DNA of 64,000 nucleotides from Acidobacteriota bacterium (GTDB lineage Bacteria; Acidobacteriota; Vicinamibacteria; Vicinamibacterales; CAVVIG01): NCBI GenBank assembly GCA_023265105.1, contig JAHFUJ010000001.1, positions 15,243 to 79,242 of the forward strand, read 5' to 3'. Shown piece by piece: positions 34,982 to 43,675 of this stretch (position 1 is its first letter; each line of letters starts with the position of its first letter). The notes under the pieces were generated by a model. It saw only the letters and a program-made list of their open reading frames with translations, ran no database searches and was not told where the DNA came from. The position numbers and the translations under genes were made by a program.

Positions 34982-37050
34982 TGCGCGCCGTCACCGGCGA
35001 AATACCAGACGTTTCGACTCCGTACCTGAGCGTCGTCGTGACGTCGCGCAACGACGCTCACGGGGGCGACCCGCTCGCGCGTCTCCAGGCCTTTGTGAAC
35101 ACGTTCGACGCGCAGTGCCGTCGTTTCGAGCTCGATGCGGAGTTGGTGGTCGTCGAGTATAACCCTCCGCCCGAGCGGCCGCGGCTGCATGAGTTGATTC
35201 GGAGGCCGCCGAATTGCTCGTTCCCGCTTCGGTTCATCGAGGTGCCGCCGGCGCTGCACGGTCGCCTGCCGCGCGCGCACGTGCTTCCCCTCTTTCAGAT
35301 GGTCGGTAAGAACGCAGGGATCCGTCGCGCGCGGGGCCGGTTCGTGCTCTCGACCAATATCGACATCATCTTCTCGAACGAGCTCGTGGAGTTCTTCGCC
35401 GCCCGCACGCTGCGGCCTGGCGTCTTGTACCGCGTTGATCGGCACGATATCGAGTCGGACTATCCGATCGAGGCGACGCTCGAAGAGCAGTTGTGCCATT
35501 GCCGCAGTCATCAGCTGCGCGTTCATCGGTCGTCCGGCACCTATCCGGTCGATCGTCATGGACGGATGGTGCCGCTTCGCCCGGACGTCTTCGATCCTCC
35601 ATCCGTCACCATCGGTGACGGGTGGCATATCCGCGAGGGGGACCAGGTCCTCGGGATTTACCGCTGGGCGACTGAGCACGCGAGTCTGGTCGTCAATCTC
35701 ACGAGCGCTGAGCCCGCCGTCGGCGCGGTGCTCGCGCTCGATATCGAACCGAATCCTTACGATGCTACCTCGTGGGTTGAACTCGAGATCGCCGATGGCG
35801 CTTGTGTCCTCGCGCGCGCACGCATCTCGGACCGACGCCTTTTGTGGGTGCCTCTCGCGAGCGCTTCCGGTACGCACGAGGTCGTTCTGAGGACCGTTGC
35901 CGCGTCACCCTCCGAACGGTCGCTGCCGGCCTTCGAACGCCGGGCCGGACTGTCCTATCGCCTGCGGTCGGCCCGTCTGACCGAGTGGCCGGCGCCACTC
36001 GCGCAGTTGAAGGCGTACGACATGAATCGGTGGCGGAGCGCCCACCGTGACGTTGTCAGCGAGCGCGCATCCGAAGGGATCGTGGTGCGCTCCGCTCCGG
36101 CTCGGCAGTCGTACTGCTTGCGATACGGACCTTTCTATGCGCCGCGGGACGATCGCTACACGTTCGTGGTGGACTGCACGTGCCACGAGGGCAACGTCGC
36201 GTTACACGTGGTCGACGAATGGTCCGATTGCTGGATTCCCTCCGAAGAGTACGAGCTGGCGGACGGCGAGCGCCGCAGCTTGTTCGTGTCATTGAACATG
36301 ACACGTGGACAAGTGTGGTCCTTGTACATCGCGAACCACTACCGAGGCGGCGACGGTGTGTCGAGGTTTGCGGTCCGCTCCGTCAGCGGATCCGTGCCGT
36401 TGAACGAGCTGGAGTTGCGAAAAAACGTGCGCGTTCTTCTGCTGGCTGCTCGCCGAGTCACATCGAAGGTGCTCCGGAGCGTGGTGCGTCTGGCGGGCAG
36501 CCTGTATCCAACGAGTGCGGCGATCAGGCGTCCGATGAAGCACGATGGTGCGGAAGCTCATGTACCCCAGCCGCACGCGAACGCCTCCGGCCGCGTCGAG
36601 CTCACCGCCCGAATCGAGGAGTACTGCAAGCAGAACCGCCTGGCCGCCGTCCATCGGAACGCGGCCGGCGATTTTCAGCTGATGGCGCGGGAGCACTGGT
36701 TCGAGTTGCACGGCTATCCAGAGTTCACCATGTACTCGATGAATGCCGACGGCCTCCTTGGAGACATCGCGCATCACGCCGGCGTCACCGAGGAGGTCCT
36801 CTCGGTGCCTCGCTGCATCTATCACCTCGAGCACGCCGAAGGCTCGGGGTGGACGCCCGAAGGCGAAGGGCTGCTCCGGAAACGTCTGGCCGACAGCGGC
36901 GCCGACTGGCTCGACGCGGCTACCGTAGACCTGTGGAGCGCGTACATGGACTGGCTGAAGCGGCCGATGATTTTCAACGGATCCGACTGGGGTGTCGGTA
37001 ACGCCGTGCTGCGCGAGACGACACTCGAAACGGTCGTCGACAACGTCTGA
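34981..37050 (+). CDS. GT-A-like glycosyltransferase split by a ~400-aa beta-rich insert, paralog B
   Basis: ATG 34981 shares its A with the upstream TGA (TGATG). 'YLSVVVTSRNDAHGGD', 'GKNAGIRRARGRFVLSTNIDIIF' and 'NAAGDFQLMAREHWFELHGYPE'. It is collinear with paralog A throughout. Confidence 0.65.
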   Translation: MRAVTGEIPDVSTPYLSVVVTSRNDAHGGDPLARLQAFVNTFDAQCRRFELDAELVVVEYNPPPERPRLHELIRRPPNCSFPLRFIEVPPALHGRLPRAHVLPLFQMVGKNAGIRRARGRFVLSTNIDIIFSNELVEFFAARTLRPGVLYRVDRHDIESDYPIEATLEEQLCHCRSHQLRVHRSSGTYPVDRHGRMVPLRPDVFDPPSVTIGDGWHIREGDQVLGIYRWATEHASLVVNLTSAEPAVGAVLALDIEPNPYDATSWVELEIADGACVLARARISDRRLLWVPLASASGTHEVVLRTVAASPSERSLPAFERRAGLSYRLRSARLTEWPAPLAQLKAYDMNRWRSAHRDVVSERASEGIVVRSAPARQSYCLRYGPFYAPRDDRYTFVVDCTCHEGNVALHVVDEWSDCWIPSEEYELADGERRSLFVSLNMTRGQVWSLYIANHYRGGDGVSRFAVRSVSGSVPLNELELRKNVRVLLLAARRVTSKVLRSVVRLAGSLYPTSAAIRRPMKHDGAEAHVPQPHANASGRVELTARIEEYCKQNRLAAVHRNAAGDFQLMAREHWFELHGYPEFTMYSMNADGLLGDIAHHAGVTEEVLSVPRCIYHLEHAEGSGWTPEGEGLLRKRLADSGADWLDAATVDLWSAYMDWLKRPMIFNGSDWGVGNAVLRETTLETVVDNV

Positions 37051-37104
37051 GGTGCGGAATCGCAGTGGGTGCGTCCGCCGACGGCCCTTGGAAGCGGCTG
37101 ACGC

Positions 37105-39915
37105 ATGACCGCTATCCTCGGGATCTCGGCCTTCTATCACGATTCCGCTGCGGCGCTCGTCGTGGACGGAACGATTGTCGCCGCCGCCCAAGAAGAGCGC
37201 TTCAGCCGCCGGAAGCACGACGAGGCATTTCCGACTCGCGCCATCCGGTTCTGTCTTGACGAAGCGCGGCTTTCGGCCGAGCAGATCGATTACGTCGGCT
37301 TCTACGATAAACCGTTCCTGAAGTTCGGCCGGCTCATCGAAACGTATCTCTCGTATGCGCCGCACGGATTTCGATCCTTCGCGAAGGCGATGCCCGTCTG
37401 GCTGAACAAGAAACTGCACCTGACGCGCGAGATGCGAGCGGGGCTCGGAGACGGCTACCAGAAGCAATTTGTGTTTACCGAGCACCACGAGTCGCATGCG
37501 GCCAGCGCGTTTTACCCTTCGCCGTTCGAAGAGGCCGCGATCCTGACCATGGACGGCGTTGGTGAATGGGCGACCGCCAGCGTGGGTCGCGGCCACGGCC
37601 ACACGATCGAGCTGCTGCAACAGCAGGAATTCCCCCATTCGCTCGGTCTGCTGTATTCAGCCTTCACGTCTTACTGCGGGTTCACCGCGAACAGCGGAGA
37701 ATACAAGCTCATGGGCCTGGCTCCGTACGGCAGCCCGCGATACGCCGACGCGATCCTGCAAAAGCTCGTGGACTTGAAAGACGACGGTTCCTTTCGGATG
37801 GACATGTCGTTTTTCAACTACTGCGAGGGTCTGACGATGACGTCGGAGAAATTCCACACACTCTTTGGTGGACCACCGCGCCGGCCTGACACGCCGCTCA
37901 CCGAACGAGACATGGACGTCGCCGCGTCGATTCAAAAAGTCACCGAAGAGATCATGATGCGGTCTGCAGTTCATGCGCACGCCCTCACGGGCATGAACAA
38001 GCTGTGTCTCGCCGGCGGTGTCGCTCTGAACTCGGTCGCGAACGGGCGGGTTCTCCGCGAAGGCCCATTCGACGACATTTGGATCCAGCCGGCCGCTGGT
38101 GACGCCGGCGGCGCGCTGGGCGTCGCGCTATTCATCTGGCACCAGCTCCTGGACAAGCCTCGGGTACCGAATCCATGTGACTCGCAGCGGGGCTCGTTGC
38201 TGGGGCCGTCGTTCTCGCCTGAGGAGATCGAAGAAGTCCTGCGCCAGTCACGCGCGGTGTACGACCGCATCGACGACGAGCAGGTGCTTGTCGACACGAT
38301 TGCGGACCTCGCGTCCGGCGGAGCCGTGATCGGATGGTTCCAGGGGAGCATGGAATTTGGTCCGAGGGCCCTCGGCTCGCGAAGCATTCTCGGCGACCCG
38401 CGCAATCGCACCATGCAGACGGTCATGAACATGAAGGTCAAGTTCCGTGAGGGATTTCGACCGTTCGCGCCCGCCGTGCTGCGTGAAGCGGCTTCCACAT
38501 ACTTCGATGTCGAGAGCGAGATCGACAGTCCGTACATGTTGTTCGTTGTGCCGCTTTCACCGAAGCGGAGGTTGCCGGTTACGCCGAATGAGAAAATGGC
38601 GAAAGGCCTGGACACGCTGAAGGTCGTCCGATCAGAAATTCCAGCGGTCACCCACGTGGACTATTCCGCCCGGGTACAGACCGTCGATCCGGTCCGGCAC
38701 GGGCTGTACCGGAAGCTTCTCGAATCGTTCCACCGGAAGACCGGTTGTCCGGTCCTCGTCAACACCAGTTTCAATCTGGGATGGGATCCGATCGTCTGCA
38801 CGCCGCACGACGCGTATTCGACCTTCATGGCCAGCGACATCGACGTGCTGTGCATGGGTCCCTTTGTCGTCTCGAAGAAGGCGCAGCCGGCAACGATTCA
38901 GTCGGCCCGCGGGTCGGGCATGCAGCCGTGGGAGGAGGCGCTCCGGTGCCCGTGTGGCTGCGGCGGCGCACTCCGCGATCAGGGCACCGCTCTTGTGAGC
39001 ACGGGGTGCGGCCACCGATTTCCGATCGCCGATGGCATTCCGCAACTGTTCTGGCCCCACGATTCGGCCGGGGACCCTGGCGACGTCACAGAGCGCGTCA
39101 AGGCGTTCTATGAGCAGACGCCCTTTCCCAACTATGACGACCACGAGTCCGTGCGTTCCCTGATCGAAAAAGCGCGAAACGGACTTTACGCGAGAGCTCT
39201 GGATGCCGCGATCCCGTATAACGCGTCCGTCCTCGAGGTGGGCTGCGGGACCGGGCAACTGACGAATTTTCTGGGCATTTCGTGCCGTAGCGTGATCGGC
39301 GCCGACCTGTGTCTCAATTCTCTACGCCTGGCAGACACCTTTCGCCGCGAGCACAGCTTGGATCGCGTTCGCTTCGTGCAGGCGAATCTGTTCCGTTTGC
39401 CGTTTGAACGACGACAATTCGACGTCGTGCTGTGTAACGGCGTTCTTCACCACACCAGCGATCCGTTCGCCGGCTTCAAGCAGCTGGTGAGGTTGGTCCG
39501 TCCTGGAGGGTACATCGTTCTCGGTCTCTACAACACGTACGGCCGACTCATGACCGACCTCCGCCGCCGCCTCTTTCGCCTGACGGGTGGGGCGGCCACG
39601 TGGATCGATCCATATTTGCGCTCGGTGCCGATGAGCGATGGGAAAGCCGAGGCCTGGTTCGCCGATCAGTATCTTCATCCCCACGAGTCCACACACACGA
39701 TCGGTGAGGTGCTGAACTGGTTCGAGGACACCGGCCTCGAATTCGTGCGCGGTGTCCCAAGTGTCACTGATGAGCCAGGCGACGTCGGCGATAGAACGCT
39801 GTTCGATCGCACCGAGGCCGGCTCGGCCTGGGACCACTTCCGCGTGCAGGCGAAGCAGGTCGCCGCGGGAAATCGGGAGGGCGGATTCTTTGTCATGATC
39901 GGTCGAGCGACGTAA
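37105..39915 (+). CDS. Carbamoyltransferase (NodU/CmcH family) fused to a Cys4 zinc-ribbon and a class I SAM methyltransferase domain
   Basis: The N-terminal ~590 aa carry 'ILGISAFYHDSAAALV', 'EERFSRRKHD', 'HHESHAASAF' and 'LAGGVALNSVANG'. Then comes 'CPCGCGG...TGCGHRFPIADGIPQL', then 'VLEVGCGTGQLTNFL', 'FDVVLCNGVLHHT' and 'VRPGGYIVLGLYN'. Confidence 0.85.
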   Translation: MTAILGISAFYHDSAAALVVDGTIVAAAQEERFSRRKHDEAFPTRAIRFCLDEARLSAEQIDYVGFYDKPFLKFGRLIETYLSYAPHGFRSFAKAMPVWLNKKLHLTREMRAGLGDGYQKQFVFTEHHESHAASAFYPSPFEEAAILTMDGVGEWATASVGRGHGHTIELLQQQEFPHSLGLLYSAFTSYCGFTANSGEYKLMGLAPYGSPRYADAILQKLVDLKDDGSFRMDMSFFNYCEGLTMTSEKFHTLFGGPPRRPDTPLTERDMDVAASIQKVTEEIMMRSAVHAHALTGMNKLCLAGGVALNSVANGRVLREGPFDDIWIQPAAGDAGGALGVALFIWHQLLDKPRVPNPCDSQRGSLLGPSFSPEEIEEVLRQSRAVYDRIDDEQVLVDTIADLASGGAVIGWFQGSMEFGPRALGSRSILGDPRNRTMQTVMNMKVKFREGFRPFAPAVLREAASTYFDVESEIDSPYMLFVVPLSPKRRLPVTPNEKMAKGLDTLKVVRSEIPAVTHVDYSARVQTVDPVRHGLYRKLLESFHRKTGCPVLVNTSFNLGWDPIVCTPHDAYSTFMASDIDVLCMGPFVVSKKAQPATIQSARGSGMQPWEEALRCPCGCGGALRDQGTALVSTGCGHRFPIADGIPQLFWPHDSAGDPGDVTERVKAFYEQTPFPNYDDHESVRSLIEKARNGLYARALDAAIPYNASVLEVGCGTGQLTNFLGISCRSVIGADLCLNSLRLADTFRREHSLDRVRFVQANLFRLPFERRQFDVVLCNGVLHHTSDPFAGFKQLVRLVRPGGYIVLGLYNTYGRLMTDLRRRLFRLTGGAATWIDPYLRSVPMSDGKAEAWFADQYLHPHESTHTIGEVLNWFEDTGLEFVRGVPSVTDEPGDVGDRTLFDRTEAGSAWDHFRVQAKQVAAGNREGGFFVMIGRAT

Positions 39916-39924
39916 GGACGAAGG

Positions 39925-40335
39925 ATGCCACTGTTTCAGCCCAAGATGAATCCGAGCGACCGCGAGCTGCGATGGTTCGCCGGACTCTGGTTCCCCGGAT
40001 TCTGGGGCGTCGTCGGGCTGTTGCTTCGTCGGCACCAGCAACCAGGCGCCGCGATTGTGGTGTGCGGCCTGGCCCTGATCCTGGCCAGCGCGGGACTCCT
40101 GGTTCCGGCCACGATCCGACCGATCTACCGCCTCATGATGCGCGTCACTTACCCGATGGGGTGGGTGGCGTCTCACGTGATCGTGGGAGCCGTGTATTTT
40201 CTGGTCATCACGCCGATCGGTTATCTGATGCGGCTCTCGCACGACCCGATGCGGCGGAAGTTCGAGCCGTCCGCGACATCGTACTGGATCGACTGCGAGC
40301 CAGTGGATCGCGATCGATATTTCAGGCAGATGTGA
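39925..40335 (+). CDS. Small membrane protein, SxtJ-like
   Basis: 136 aa with three hydrophobic spans. 'YFLVITPIGYLMRLSHDPMRRKF' matches, from memory, the motif of SxtJ-family proteins found next to carbamoyltransferases. Confidence 0.55.
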   Translation: MPLFQPKMNPSDRELRWFAGLWFPGFWGVVGLLLRRHQQPGAAIVVCGLALILASAGLLVPATIRPIYRLMMRVTYPMGWVASHVIVGAVYFLVITPIGYLMRLSHDPMRRKFEPSATSYWIDCEPVDRDRYFRQM

Positions 40336-40342
40336 GGGTGAC

Positions 40343-40555
40343 ATGGCGATCAAACCAGAACCCGGATCGGACGCGAACGATTTCGCGCGGCGAGCGGCAG
40401 CCAGGCCTCGCGGGTTCTTCAGTGAGGTCTACTCTTTCATCCGTTACAACAAGAAATGGTGGCTCACCCCGGTCATCGTCTTGTTGTTGTTCCTGGGCGT
40501 GCTGATGGTGCTCGGGGGTTCCGGCGCTGCGCCCTTCATTTACACCCTTTTCTGA
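40343..40555 (+). CDS. Mini membrane protein, DUF5989/SxtK-like
   Basis: 70 aa. 'KKWWLTPVIVLLLFLGVLMVLGGSGAAPFIYTLF' is, from memory, the hallmark C-terminus of DUF5989. RBS GAGGGTGA lies upstream. Confidence 0.6.
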   Translation: MAIKPEPGSDANDFARRAAARPRGFFSEVYSFIRYNKKWWLTPVIVLLLFLGVLMVLGGSGAAPFIYTLF

Positions 40556-40579
40556 TGGTCGGCCCCAGGCTCACGTCTG

Positions 40580-42580
40580 ATGTGCGGAATCGTCGGTAGC
40601 TTCCATCCCGAAGGTCGGACCTGCGACGCTGGAACGATCGCGCGCATGCGCGATCGCATGGCGCACCGTGGCCCGGACGGCTGCGGTTTGTGGGGCTCGC
40701 GCGATCATCGCTGCCGGCTCGGACATCGGCGGCTCTCGATCATCGACCTGTCGGAGGCGGCCGCGCAGCCGATGACGAACCGCGACCAGACGGTGGCGGT
40801 CACGTTCAACGGCGAAATCTACAACCACGCCGATCTTCGCCGCGAGCTGCAGGCGCTCGGCAAGTACGCGTGGACGACCGATCACTCGGACACCGAGGTC
40901 CTCCTCCACGCGTACGAAGAGTGGGGGCTCGACTGCGTCAAGCGGCTGTACGGCATGTTCGCCGTCGGCATCTACGATGCGCGCGACCCAGGCCGCCCGG
41001 TCCTTCACCTGATCCGAGATCGCGTCGGCATAAAGCCCATGTATTTCACGCGCACCAGCCGAGGCGAGTGGCTGTTCGCGTCGGAGATTCGAGCGATCGT
41101 CGCCCACCCGGACGTCACGGCGGAGATGGATCGAACCGCCTTCTGGCACTACCTCACCTTCATCGTCGCTCCGGCGCCGCTCACGATGTTCCGCGGCATC
41201 TTCAAGCTGCCCGCGGGTCACATCCTGTCGATCGACCACGAGGGCAGCGCCGCGGCGCGGCAGTACTGGGACTGTGCGCCGGATCGATCGAACACGCTGA
41301 CCCCACGCGACATCGGCGAGACCGAAGCGGTGGCCGAGCTCACCCGGCTGCTGAAGCAGTCGATCGCGCGCCGGATGGTGTCGGACGTGCCGTTTGGCGT
41401 ACTGCTGTCGGGCGGCGTCGATTCGTCGATGAACGTCGCCCTGATGAGCGAGCTGATGGATCGTCCGGTGACGACGTTCACGATCGGCTACGAGGGGAAG
41501 GAAGACTACAACGAGTTCCAGTTCGCGCGCCGAATCAGCCAGCGCTATCGCACCGATCATCACGAGACGCTGATCAACCGCGACGAGATGCAGGAGTTCC
41601 TGCCGCTCCTCGTGCGACTTCAGGACGAACCCATCGCGGACAACGTCTGCATCCCGCTCTACTTCCTCGCCAAGCTGGTGAAGGACAGCGGCACGACCGT
41701 CGTGCAGGTGGGCGAGGGCGCCGACGAAAATTTTCTGGGCTACTGGTGGTGCGAACACTACCGGCGGCTCGACGAAGCGGTGTATCGGCCGGCGCGACAG
41801 CGCTCGCCGTGGTGGCGCCGGATCGGCGCGGCGCTCACACAGCCGAGGGCCGCGTTGTCGAGCGAAGCGATCGAGGTGCAGGAGCGCGCTCGCCGCGGCG
41901 AGGAGCTGTTCTGGGGCGGCGCCGTCTGTTGGTGGGGCGACAAGCGGCGACGGTTGACGCCGGATCCCACGCCGTTCCAGCAATCGATCGATTGCCCAGT
42001 TGAAGGGCTCATTCCTGACGGTCATCGCTCGCTCGACAGCCACGCGGTCGTCCGGGAGTATCTGGCTCCGCTCGACGGCCGGATCGACGAGCCCGCGGTG
42101 CTGCAGACAATGCCGTACCTCGAGATGAAGCTTCGATTAAGTGAGCACCTGCTGATGCGCGTGGACAAGCTGACCATGGCCCATGCCGTCGAGGCGCGCG
42201 TGCCGTTTCTCGACCACGACGTGGTCGAGTTCGCGACCCGGATGCCGCCGTCCTACAAGCTCCGCGACGGCGTCTGCAAGCGCGTGCTGAAGAAGGCGGC
42301 CGGGCCGTACCTCGACGAGGACATGATCTACAGACGCAAACAGGGCTTCGGCGCGCCGATGGAGGAGTGGTTCCGGGAAGGCGACTTCGGCGCGCGCTGT
42401 CTGGCGGCGCTCGAGCGCTCGGCGCTTCGCACTGAAGGGTTCATCGACAGCGAATATTTCACGACGCTCCTGAAGGATCAGATCGCGGGCCGGCAGAGCG
42501 TCAGCTTTCCGCTCTGGACGGTGATGAACGCCGTGCTGTGGCACGCGTCCTGGATCGAGGGGCGCGAGGACTGTTTCTGA
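40580..42580 (+). CDS. Asparagine synthase (glutamine-hydrolysing) family amidotransferase, copy 2
   Basis: 'MCGIVG', 'HRGPDG', 'RLSIIDLSEAAAQPM', 'FNGEIYNH' and the PP-loop 'GVLLSGGVDSS'. Confidence 0.9.
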   Translation: MCGIVGSFHPEGRTCDAGTIARMRDRMAHRGPDGCGLWGSRDHRCRLGHRRLSIIDLSEAAAQPMTNRDQTVAVTFNGEIYNHADLRRELQALGKYAWTTDHSDTEVLLHAYEEWGLDCVKRLYGMFAVGIYDARDPGRPVLHLIRDRVGIKPMYFTRTSRGEWLFASEIRAIVAHPDVTAEMDRTAFWHYLTFIVAPAPLTMFRGIFKLPAGHILSIDHEGSAAARQYWDCAPDRSNTLTPRDIGETEAVAELTRLLKQSIARRMVSDVPFGVLLSGGVDSSMNVALMSELMDRPVTTFTIGYEGKEDYNEFQFARRISQRYRTDHHETLINRDEMQEFLPLLVRLQDEPIADNVCIPLYFLAKLVKDSGTTVVQVGEGADENFLGYWWCEHYRRLDEAVYRPARQRSPWWRRIGAALTQPRAALSSEAIEVQERARRGEELFWGGAVCWWGDKRRRLTPDPTPFQQSIDCPVEGLIPDGHRSLDSHAVVREYLAPLDGRIDEPAVLQTMPYLEMKLRLSEHLLMRVDKLTMAHAVEARVPFLDHDVVEFATRMPPSYKLRDGVCKRVLKKAAGPYLDEDMIYRRKQGFGAPMEEWFREGDFGARCLAALERSALRTEGFIDSEYFTTLLKDQIAGRQSVSFPLWTVMNAVLWHASWIEGREDCF

Positions 42581-42597
42581 GCCCGCAGAAAACCATC

Positions 42598-43674
42598 GTG
42601 CACGTCGTCGGAGCACGACCGAACTACATGAAGATTGCTCCGGTGATGGACGCGCTCCGCGGCGAAACTCGCGTCCGCCAGGTGCTGATCAACACGGGCC
42701 AGCACTACGACGAATCGATGGCCGGCGGCTTTTTGAAGGAGCTCCAACTGCCGGCGCCTGACCGTGATCTCGGCGTCGGGTCGGCCAGCCACGCGGTGCA
42801 GACCGCGCAGGTCATGACGGCCTTCGAAGAGATTTGCGTCGCCGATCGTCCCGATCTCGTCGTCGTCGTCGGCGACGTCAACTCGACGCTGGCGGCGTCG
42901 CTGGTGGCGGCCAAGCTGGTGATCCCGATCGCGCACGTCGAGGCAGGCCTGCGCAGCTTCGATCGCACGATGCCAGAGGAGGTCAACCGGATTGTCACCG
43001 ACCGGCTCGCGGATCTGCTGCTGACACCGTCGTGCGACGCGAACGAGAACCTGCGGGCCGAAGGGGTGCCGCAAGAGCGGATTCATCTCGTCGGCAACGT
43101 AATGATCGACACGTTGCGGCGTCACTTGCCGTTCGCCAGCCTGGATCGTGTTCGCGATCGCATTCCGGTCGGTGATGGTCCCTACGCGGTGCTCACCTTG
43201 CACCGGCCGTCCAACGTCGACGAGTGCGGCACCTTCCGTAGCATACTGCAGGCCGTGCGTCACCTCGCGTCGCGAATGCCCGTCGTCTTTCCGGTGCACC
43301 CGCGCACGCGCAACCGGCTGGCCGAGTTCAACCTCGAGGCCGAGCTCGACGGCACGATTGTCACTGAACCGCTCGGCTACGTCGACTTTCTCGCTCTCAC
43401 GTCGCACGCCCGGCTGATCCTCACCGACTCCGGAGGGCTTCAAGAGGAATCCACCGCGCTGGGTATTCCGTGTCTCACGCTCAGAGCGAACACCGAGCGG
43501 CCGATTACCGTCACCGAGGGCACGAACCGCGTGGTCGGCACGCGCACCGCGGACATCATCAACGGCTGCGATCAGGCGCTGCACTCGACGGCGTCGAAAC
43601 GGATTCCCGAGCTGTGGGACGGCCGCGCCTCCGAACGCATTGCCGGCGTGATCGGCCGCTTCCTGTTTGGATGA
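42598..43674 (+). CDS. wecB: UDP-N-acetylglucosamine 2-epimerase, copy 2
   Basis: GTG 42598 gives (M)HVVGARPNYMKIAPV. 'NTGQHYD', 'VGDVNSTLAASLVAAKL', 'HVEAGLRSFDRTMPEEVNR' and 'LTDSGGLQEES'. About 50% identical to copy 1 by eye. Confidence 0.85.
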   Translation: MHVVGARPNYMKIAPVMDALRGETRVRQVLINTGQHYDESMAGGFLKELQLPAPDRDLGVGSASHAVQTAQVMTAFEEICVADRPDLVVVVGDVNSTLAASLVAAKLVIPIAHVEAGLRSFDRTMPEEVNRIVTDRLADLLLTPSCDANENLRAEGVPQERIHLVGNVMIDTLRRHLPFASLDRVRDRIPVGDGPYAVLTLHRPSNVDECGTFRSILQAVRHLASRMPVVFPVHPRTRNRLAEFNLEAELDGTIVTEPLGYVDFLALTSHARLILTDSGGLQEESTALGIPCLTLRANTERPITVTEGTNRVVGTRTADIINGCDQALHSTASKRIPELWDGRASERIAGVIGRFLFG

Positions 43675-43675
43675 C

